64,000 nt of DNA from a virus (lineage: Duplodnaviria > Caudoviricetes), in the IMG/VR virus record IMGVR_UViG_3300025401_000012; one strand, 5' to 3'. The notes beneath the pieces are model-generated. The model was not told the DNA's origin. It saw nothing but the letters and a program-made list of their open reading frames with translations, and ran no database searches. This document shows positions 59,501-64,000 of the stretch, one piece after another; position 1 is the stretch's first letter; each line of letters starts with the position of its first letter. A program made the position numbers and the translations under genes.

Positions 59501-62500
59501 TTTCACTTTACCATATACACCTGATGTTGGAACAAATATCAATGTTTATTATAAACAAGGATACTCTATAGCACATCCGTCAGACGGATTTACACTAAAA
59601 TGGAATTATGATTTATTTGTAAACAATCCAGTAGTTACTATCTCAACAGATGTAACAACAACTAGTTCTTCAACAGCAACAGCTACTTTATTGAATTATT
59701 CTACTACTGTAGAATCGACATTAACGGCAATCGGAGGAGTTGTTGGGTCGTCAACAATAATTTTTGAAAATATTTTAAATTTAGTAATTGGTCAATATGT
59801 TTCTGGTGCAGGAGTTCCTTCAAATACTACAGTAACACAAATTATAGACAATGCAGTGGTGCTATCTAATAATTTAACAGTTGATGCTACTGGAAATTAT
59901 TCTTTCTACGTATTAAGTACGGTATTAACAGTATCATCGATTACTGGAATTTCAGCGGGGATGGGCGTTATTGGTAATGGATTTTCAGTTCAGTCAGTAA
60001 CAGAAGTATTAAGTTCGACAGTAAACGGTGTAACAACTTACTATGTTTATATTAATCAACAACCCGATTTCATTCCTACACTAAACGAAACATTAACATT
60101 TGTCACTAATGTTGCTGGAACATTAACTTTAACATTATCTTCTACCGCTAATTTACAAGTTGGTGATATAATTACTAGTGCTATATCAGCTATAAGTTAC
60201 AATATAGTTGTTACAAGTATAGTAAATTCAACTCAAGTAAAATTAAGTAAAATTTTATATAAAACAATTCCTAACGGAACTACAGTTACATTTACTAGAA
60301 CGTTGCATTATACAGTTAGAATTGGCAATAACGGACAAATTACATTGTTTACTCCTATACCAGTTGGAAGTAATATTAATATTACTGGAAGTTACGATCC
60401 TGTGCGTATTGATGCAACTGATTTTGATTCAATATCTTTGACATCTCCTACAAATCCTAATGCTATTATAACAACTCCCATTATGGGAGTAACTCCTGCA
60501 CCAACAGTGACGACAACAGTAAGTGCAAGTGGTGATAGAATATATACAATTAATATTCCAAATACATTCGTTGTACAAACTAACGATACATTTATTTTAC
60601 GTCAAAGCACAAGCGATGGTTCAGAAACACCAACTGAATACGATACAAAATTAGACGGCGGAAATTTAGCTTATACCACAGCAACAGGTATTGCCGCAGA
60701 TGATATTGTGTTAGATGGTGACGGTTTTGTTACACCAACAACAAGCCCAGCATTAGAAGAAGTAGTTCCAGGACAAGTTGTTGATACATTAGCTTTAAAA
60801 GTATATGATAGACCTAATTCTGGCTCTGCTAATATTAAAGTAGACAATTATATTACAGATGGATTTACTAATTCTTTTAAATTAATAACAACACCAAGTA
60901 GTAACGGGGCAATCATTGTAAGAGTTGGATCTACTATTAAAACTATTAATGTGGATTATCAAATTGATTATAAAAACAATTTACTAACATTGGCAGCAAC
61001 TCCATTGACAAACCAAGTAGTAAGTATATTTGTTATAGGATTTTCAGGAACTAATTTATTAGATCTTGATTATTTTGTCGGTGACGGAATAACTACAGAA
61101 TTTGTTACTAAAGCACCTTGGTTAGATGCGTTTACTCCGTTAGTTTATGTCAACGGTACAGCGGTCGATCCAGTGTTTTTCAAAACAGATAATACATATT
61201 CATTAGATAATGCTATAGGTATTAAATTTCCAGCACCAGTTGCTGGCGGAGCATTAATTAACTATATCATAGTTAGTGGGTCTACACAAACATTCTCAGT
61301 AACTAATTCTGAAGTTGTAGCAACTAACGGCGGAACAACATATACACTGAATAACCCAATAGGATCATCATTGCCTAATGAAACTAACATGATTGTTAGA
61401 GTTAATCAGCAAATTTTAAAAGGTCCTGTTAATGTTTATTATACAATTAAAGATAATATTTTAGCATATATACTTGATCCTAATAGAGCACAACCTTATT
61501 CTGTTGCAGCAAACAATATAGTTGTATTAGTTGATGGAAAATTATTATCAGCTGGATCAGATTATAGTGTTGATTTGAGTGGATTAACTATAAACATTGG
61601 TAAGAATATCTATAATAAAAATATTGGAAAAACATTATTAATCAGTATCATAGCTAACGAAGGTTATTTGTATAATCCTAATACTCGACAAATAACATTT
61701 AGTCAACCATATACTAGTAATGACATTGTTGAAGTTACTAGTTCATACAGACATGACACGCTGGACATTCAACGTACTGCAATCACAGTTACATCTGCTA
61801 CAAATTTAGTGCAAGGATCTGTAGAATATTACTATTATAATTTAATCAGCGGCGGATTAATAACTTTAGATCGTTCAGTAATAAACGAAAATTATATTTG
61901 GGTTATTAAGAATACTACCTTATTAGTTCCAGGTATTGATTATATTTTATTAGACAATCATACTAGTATTCAATTAACAAATGTTCCTCAATTAAATGAT
62001 CAAATCACCTTAATGACATTTGGTAGTAATGTTCTAGGGCATGGAATTGCATATATGCAATTTAAAGACATGCTTAACAGAACTTCTTATACACGTTTAA
62101 GTTTAAATAAACAAACTAAACTAGCTACAGATTTACATTGGAATGATACAACCATAACTTTAAAAGATGGTAGCAATTTTCAATCACCAGGTAATACACC
62201 CGGTGTGATTGAAATTCGTGGAGAGCGTATTGAATATTTTGCAAAAACAGGAAATATTCTAAGTAGATTGCGCCGAGGTGTTTTAGGAACAGGTGTACAT
62301 ACTGTAAATTATGCAGGAACATTTGTTCAAGATATTAGTTCAGGTGAAACTATACCATATTCTGATACAATACAAACAACTACGGTAATATCTGACGGTA
62401 CTGATCTTGTAAATTTAAATTTCACTCCTACGATTGGAAATGCAGAAGATACTATTGGAGTTTTAAATTGGTTTAAAGACTATGGGTACGCATATCAAGG

Positions 62501-63674
62501 AATGTTTGATGTTGGGTCTACTTATGTTCTTAATGATGTAGTTGTATATAACAATTCTTATTATTACTGTATAACTCCAGTATTAAATGTATCTAACAGG
62601 GCTTTAATTACAACAACCACCGCGTCTGTTATTACTAGTCAATTAAACAACGTATTAACAGTTATATCAATAATATCAGGCAGTATTGGTATAAATCAAG
62701 TAATAAAAAATACTACTACAAAAATTGTAAATCAATTGACCGGATCATACGGTGGATTAGGAACATACACAGTTAGCACATCGGTATCTAATTTTAATTT
62801 GCCAATAAGTTCAATTACGCAAAATAGCGGATTTGTAACATTAAACTTTGTAACACAATTAACAATACCTTTTACAATAGGCACAGGAATTTATGTTACA
62901 GGAATAACACCTAACGGTTATAATGGGTATTATGTTGTTACTAATGCAACAACATCTTCTGTCACTTATGCAAATAAAACAATAGCAACAGCAACTGGTG
63001 GTAATGTATCCACAACAACATTATCAACAGTAGTAATGGGATATGATTATAGTCCTGATAATACCGCATATTGGTCTGCATATTCTACAACAATTCCAGT
63101 AGGATACGGGCAAAGTGATCAATTAGAAGTTTTTGTAGGCGGATACAACGATACAGCAATTTGGTCATCGGGAGTTAATTATGCTGCAGGCACAATTGTC
63201 AATGTTGGTAACTACACATATAAATGTATAACTACACATACAAGTGGTACAACATTTATTAAAGATTCAGATAACTGGACATTCTTTATAGGAAATATTA
63301 GATTACAAAAACGTCCTTATAGCGTATTCAATATAAACAAAGCTCCTTACAGCCCAGCCGGTGATATAAGATTTGATGCAGATTTCTCAGTTAACGGAAC
63401 TACTAATCAAATTAGATTAACTAATTTGGTAGACGTAGGCACTCAGATTACTGTAATTAAACGTACAGGAATACCTTGGGATAGTAATACAAGTATTTTA
63501 AATGATAATAGTAAAATTGGATCATTTATTAAAGCTAATACTGGTATCTGGTATTCGACTTATAAAAAAATAAGTAATACAGTAACCGCTACAAATCAAC
63601 AAGCAGTTCTAGGAACATTTGATAACGGAACAGCTAGCTTAGATAGCAACACTACAACATTCGATCAAGGATAA
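47550..63674 (+). CDS. Giant baseplate wedge/virion protein (5374 aa; gp7 positional equivalent) with CBM-like repeats, FG-GAP-like propeller repeats and inserted modules
   Basis: ORF track; TAATG coupling to gp6-like gene; FGRSVAI/FGSSLVF/FGNTITV repeats; C-terminal EIRGERIEY...LRRG motif. Confidence 0.85.
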   Translation: MANSNDANAVNGNKGLSANLLPKFYQTSANKKFLQSTIDQLFQSGSLTKISGLIGRENAKASTGADVYVEAADQVRQNYQLEPGITIKDALGNVTFYKDYIDYINQIGVFGGNTDNHPRLNKEEFYSWNPHIDWDKFVNFQNYYWLPYGPDAITVYGSQQAINSTYTVELQAEGSNNQYVFTPNGFTPNPVLRLYRGQTYTFIINSPGNPFSFMTQRSTGSLNRYKTTGIDNYGVTSGTITFTVPTTAPSIIYYQSETDLNLGGAIEIFNITTDTLIDVEKVILGKKSVTLDNGVTLSNGMKLQFGGTVIPAEYAKGQYYVEGVGSSIKLVLTSILEVVSPYTTEQSIEFDNLPWDSEPFDDAVGYAGSLDYITINRASADHNPWSRYNRWFHKDVINTSAAFNKNTANLDQKTRANRPIIEFNRDIKLYNFGNKAIFDVDLIDTFTTDVFSTIEGSIGYNIDGINLVPGMLVLFTADLDPLVKNKIYRVEYVDVKHLTGGSNQLHLVEVASPLLNEVTLVKQGVAYQSQMFWYDGTTWIQGQQKTKVNQNPLFDVVDNNGISFGNKSVYTGSTFAGTSIFSYAIGTGVADSVLGFPLSYQNVNNIGDIVFNFNLVTDSFQYKKLDFVESSNINVGYLSTLDYAGNIVYVNGWKVSEVTNAQAAVRIYKNSGLTNNFPLDIFDNIKNLNDLVVKIYVNGIRLDPSLWKLVTKPIYYQIRLKTPIASTDVLTIRAFASQPINANGYYEIPLNLQNNPLNDTMKDFTLGEVIDHVTSIVDNLTTFKGSFPGSSNLRDLGEIAQYGTKFIQHSGPLSLGIYHITSEVNNVIKAVEQAKTDYNNFKQNFINVANSLGVDGDTITIVNKVLAKINENKPTVAPYYLSDMVPYGACTITNLTVVDYRIKNYPLTSVFTLEALSNKAVGVYHNNEQLIYGQDYTFSNQGFVIIDPSVALANGDIISTYEYENTDGSFIPATPTKLGMWPAFAPKKYLDTTLVNPVNVIQGHDGSIIAAYNDYRDDLILELEKRIFNNIKVKYNTNIFDIAKIIPSYNRSNDYSLNEFNKVIAPSFYSWIGFVGKDLTTPLNYDRTNSFTYNYSLNAAPNNTPLPGYWRGIYRYILDTDRPNLCPWEMLGFSQQPSWWTTVYGPAPYTSDNLIMWQDITDGMIREPGMPAIYAEEYAKPFLMQHIPVDESGNLISPLNSGLASGTVQPSINNNFVFGDGSPVETAWVRSSYYSFSVIAASLILTPGQTFGILLDRSRITRNIANQLIYTETGLCIRPKDIILPSTFSSTNRVQTAGLVNWIVDLIFNYIFSNNVAGYNSYLNDLSTMTPQLAYRVGSFTNQSQFNLLLESKTPASSGNVFVPTDDYKVFLNKSTTVKKLVYSGVIITKLSTGFEIKGYSKTQPYFNYYFPQGTGSKINVGGISENYSTWTSGQLYVVGSVIQYNGVFYRATTTSTSTDSFDANNFAKLSGLPMTGGATAYLKNKWDKSKVLSVPYGTLFNTIQSVVDFLQGYGEYLKDQGFTFDNYNTLYSSVNNWDTSVNEFLFWTTQNWSTGQEKWSDWVVNQPYTYGTVVRYDGDYYSSLYNLPAVDHFDSTKWQLLPGLSNVGASVISLSPSANGINFTTNLTVVDDITNNFNAYEIFKVDGTPIDLNHLHSYRQGNEITYIPTTLQGIYGASFYLVQNEHIIVINNTTIFNDIIYNPTSGYRRERLKVSGYITTGWYGGLDIPGFIYDAAAVQSWQPWQDYNVGDIVKYGPYYLQADPTSGNLIAGSAVLDHTQWTRLSAKPTDKILPNWTNIATQFTDFYSTEVDSFDNGQQKMAQHLIGYQKRQYLENIIQDDVSEFKFYQGMIREKGTQNVLNKLFNVLSSDAQESLTFYEEWAVRVGRYGATSAFDEIEIVLNQNSFKNNPQGFVLVNKLDSTISPFIIQQTPNDIYVAPLGYDSNPFLPLAATNQFLRSSGYVNSNDVTISIYSLDALKSQPAINLTPGVGYTILTLGTTDFTLAGALSNTVGTSFVATATGNGTGTVKVDITTFKEGSYVWCSFDSFKGWDVYRFTNLHVRFKSASISNNILTITSYDLITFKAGSYIGILQSTLLNGFYQVETVNLNTFTVSTSLASLPSDFTELLIYGLVSQRASSIDNITGMLSSNLKNKDLIWTDDAGTGTPAAWIYNSVFTQSIVNNNIQSTNLQFGRSVAINTQGNIAAVGMTSGQISTYDKVGSAVSWIQRQLVPTPFTAQSSANPISSIATTIAISPDGTYMASGSPAATYASTLYVGAYNVGNTYTVNQIVSYMNNFYKAIVAVPSGAIPSLTSSYWNSISYIPISLAGSNIAVSGLVSLYKKDSNNIYQLIDTIISPSATLSVASTENFGSSLVFDSNNNLYISAPGYDSAKGRVYSLSYASSTPIISYYDSVGSSGALLNLNSTFGIQSGMSVSGIGFATNQTVAAVLTQITFNSVANVPNYILNSLGVAVSLSNITAGLNVSGSQVLPGVTVYSTGTNPIIINVLSVTPSSPSIGFVTINFTQQSAAPFLVGDQISISGVSISGYNGSYTVTDVGKNYVTYANITTGVATANTGSVQSTVNYVLVAGPEDSISTISSVSFIISITGVFPSVPGAGLVTITFNKLPAVPFKTGNQIIVSGVSVAGFNGTFTVVTSTTTSVTFYNNTTTTSATGGTIADPTLQFNVRTISSPSIVLLSAAPDSTPAGPIQFTTISWRYSSLITSPALSSNNAFGNTITVSRDGSTFLASSKNNVYVYKNTGLGSQLLSTIPVTSTSLTVSDTGTYFAIGSFKTITEKTSPSATINVMSNIGQVNLYQYNDITNQYSVIQTITDTASSSNGSNFANKLAFMNDTSTLVIYSQTGSPVTQTTIDAESGFETTFDERATRFISQDISGGKVDIYDNYNTQWVLSESLLNSENVWDGYGIGFAVGSNNVFVSSPYYAINNNLTGQVYVYTKPPKSYSWTPYRTQIPVVDIKKLKKAFLYNKTTSKLLTYLDVIDPIQGKIAGPADEEIKYKSFYDPAIYSYSTNVDTVNVDDGVCWSTNQVGQLWWDLRTSKFYDPYFSDVTYRNNLWNTLAPGASVDIYEWVSSSLLPAAWDALADTVSGIAQGISGTSLYGNNAYSVRKRYDTNTKTFKNTYYYWVKNKSITPDIIGRNISAQAVSSLISSPRNQAYTYLALTGTNSFSLVNAAPYLSDSNVVLVIEYWTVDNIEQNIHSQWKLISNDTIVDIPAVIEQKWIDSLCGTDASGRSVPDTSLAPKLRYGIENRPRQSMFVNRVEALKEFVEQVNISLLANQIVNNYNISSLESYDKEPTLISALYDIVLDTDTELPYANINLFQSPSATPIITNGKVTGIKILSTGRGYSVAPYIEIVGTGKGAIAKAILNSAGSIVSAQVISAGEGYDPNTTTCSIRNYSVLVHSDSQASNSWSIYSYDPVNIMWSRTLTQSYDVRNYWSYADWYASGYNQFSSPDFSVQTFFDLNSITVLKGQLVKILKVNSGGWLLIEKYADSTSTDWTQSYNVVGIQNGTIQLSNSLYRTEFTAVGYDASTFDNGSFDVKASTELRIILNTLKNNIFIGPDLKQTYLDLFFSSIRYAHSEQLYIDWIFKTSFVRATHNVGSLSQPVYYPVDNLSNFQDYIAEVKPYRTKIREYISQYVSTDLGPTAVSDFDLPPVIQNNRSTTINTGVTNGSVTADLPAIQSYPWKFWLDNVGFSITELIIVSGGNNYITQPTVIISAPTGPNPVQATAEAFFTNGVINRVILTSPGSGYLSAPTIEIVGGLSTTGTAASVVAIIGESVVRSSLVGIKFDRISQKNYIVDLSVTDTFTGSGSRLQFPLTWAPDIRVGQSTIYINGIPELRENYTLAIAKSTLKGYTQYSGTITFVSAPPIGATIVVNYIKDISMLNATDRIDFYYNPTSGMIGKELNQLMSGVDYGGNIVGNLGFAPGGGWGVLPYMVDTWSSYDSTYTDYIVQVAANTHSFTLPYTPDVGTNINVYYKQGYSIAHPSDGFTLKWNYDLFVNNPVVTISTDVTTTSSSTATATLLNYSTTVESTLTAIGGVVGSSTIIFENILNLVIGQYVSGAGVPSNTTVTQIIDNAVVLSNNLTVDATGNYSFYVLSTVLTVSSITGISAGMGVIGNGFSVQSVTEVLSSTVNGVTTYYVYINQQPDFIPTLNETLTFVTNVAGTLTLTLSSTANLQVGDIITSAISAISYNIVVTSIVNSTQVKLSKILYKTIPNGTTVTFTRTLHYTVRIGNNGQITLFTPIPVGSNINITGSYDPVRIDATDFDSISLTSPTNPNAIITTPIMGVTPAPTVTTTVSASGDRIYTINIPNTFVVQTNDTFILRQSTSDGSETPTEYDTKLDGGNLAYTTATGIAADDIVLDGDGFVTPTTSPALEEVVPGQVVDTLALKVYDRPNSGSANIKVDNYITDGFTNSFKLITTPSSNGAIIVRVGSTIKTINVDYQIDYKNNLLTLAATPLTNQVVSIFVIGFSGTNLLDLDYFVGDGITTEFVTKAPWLDAFTPLVYVNGTAVDPVFFKTDNTYSLDNAIGIKFPAPVAGGALINYIIVSGSTQTFSVTNSEVVATNGGTTYTLNNPIGSSLPNETNMIVRVNQQILKGPVNVYYTIKDNILAYILDPNRAQPYSVAANNIVVLVDGKLLSAGSDYSVDLSGLTINIGKNIYNKNIGKTLLISIIANEGYLYNPNTRQITFSQPYTSNDIVEVTSSYRHDTLDIQRTAITVTSATNLVQGSVEYYYYNLISGGLITLDRSVINENYIWVIKNTTLLVPGIDYILLDNHTSIQLTNVPQLNDQITLMTFGSNVLGHGIAYMQFKDMLNRTSYTRLSLNKQTKLATDLHWNDTTITLKDGSNFQSPGNTPGVIEIRGERIEYFAKTGNILSRLRRGVLGTGVHTVNYAGTFVQDISSGETIPYSDTIQTTTVISDGTDLVNLNFTPTIGNAEDTIGVLNWFKDYGYAYQGMFDVGSTYVLNDVVVYNNSYYYCITPVLNVSNRALITTTTASVITSQLNNVLTVISIISGSIGINQVIKNTTTKIVNQLTGSYGGLGTYTVSTSVSNFNLPISSITQNSGFVTLNFVTQLTIPFTIGTGIYVTGITPNGYNGYYVVTNATTSSVTYANKTIATATGGNVSTTTLSTVVMGYDYSPDNTAYWSAYSTTIPVGYGQSDQLEVFVGGYNDTAIWSSGVNYAAGTIVNVGNYTYKCITTHTSGTTFIKDSDNWTFFIGNIRLQKRPYSVFNINKAPYSPAGDIRFDADFSVNGTTNQIRLTNLVDVGTQITVIKRTGIPWDSNTSILNDNSKIGSFIKANTGIWYSTYKKISNTVTATNQQAVLGTFDNGTASLDSNTTTFDQG

Positions 63675-63678
63675 TGAA

Positions 63679-64000
63679 ATGACGCAACAGATAATTAATA
63701 CAGGAAATGTAGCCAACGATGGTACAGGTGATACTTTACGAACCGCTGGTATAAAAATTAATCAAAATTTTTCTGAACTGTATTCAGATTTATTCATCCT
63801 TCCTAATCAAGCAAATAATGCTGGTAAAGTATTATCTACTAATGGGCTTGTAGTATCTTGGCAACCGATAGCAGCAACTAACGGGGTTTTGACCACTGGG
63901 AACTACACTGATCCAAGTTGGATTACTAGTTTGTCCTATAGCAAACTATTAAACGCACCTGCATTATCTATTGTAGCAACAAGCGGAAGTTATTTAGATT
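63679..64000 (+). CDS. gp9/gp10-like baseplate/fibre connector protein, N-terminal part (runs off window end)
   Basis: MTQQIINTGNVANDGTGDTLRTAGIKINQNFSELY is the classic gp9/gp10 N-terminal motif. Confidence 0.85.
   Translation, partial: MTQQIINTGNVANDGTGDTLRTAGIKINQNFSELYSDLFILPNQANNAGKVLSTNGLVVSWQPIAATNGVLTTGNYTDPSWITSLSYSKLLNAPALSIVATSGSYLD

Noticed and set aside
1-62322. Dozens of 60-200-aa ORFs in the track lying antisense or out of frame within long genes (e.g. 1..270 +, 1645..1875 +, 29369..29968 +, 43018..43410 -)
   Set aside because: Shadow ORFs produced by the Thr/Gly/Val-rich codon bias of the real genes; no SD or promoter and no protein motifs
63674-63682. TAATG-coupled start at 63674 for the last gene
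   Set aside because: That frame reads ATG AAA TGA (immediate stop); the gp9/gp10-like frame begins at 63679
1-64000. Stop-codon recoding (seen in some jumbo phages)
   Set aside because: Genes up to 16 kb are intact under the standard code, and TAG is used as a true stop (33929); coding density is already near complete

Overview
The whole window is the virion-morphogenesis region of a large AT-rich T4-related myovirus (probably jumbo-sized; standard genetic code). The minus strand from 38249 to 1 carries a late sigma factor (gp55-like), gp47/gp46 nuclease, an Hc1-like protein, a stand-alone GIY-YIG protein, a hydrophobic putative internal protein, a tape-measure-like protein, portal, two prohead-core positional equivalents, prohead protease, scaffold and major capsid. 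It continues with about nine virion/fibre genes and two tandem giant paralogues (>2350 and 2329 aa) built from CBM-like repeats, a pectin-lyase-like helix and Asp-box repeats. The plus strand carries a gp26-like gene and the baseplate module (gp48-, gp53-, hub-, gp5-, gp25- and gp6-like genes, a 5374-aa wedge protein, and a truncated gp9/gp10-like gene). Many T4-type late promoters (ATAAATA) and one near-consensus sigma70 promoter are visible. Best leads: (1) a probable programmed -1 frameshift (A AAT TTT TTC) fusing the gp26-like ORF to a start-less downstream ORF; (2) a ~430-nt, heavily base-paired non-coding region directly downstream of the minimal GIY-YIG gene; (3) a ~70-aa plug-in beta module present in about 13 copies across five virion genes, mostly at the same loop of CBM repeats and sometimes nested inside other modules; (4) two switch-like structured 5' leaders; (5) a back-to-back early/late promoter pair at the late-sigma gene. 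All assignments come from motif recognition by eye; no searches were run.
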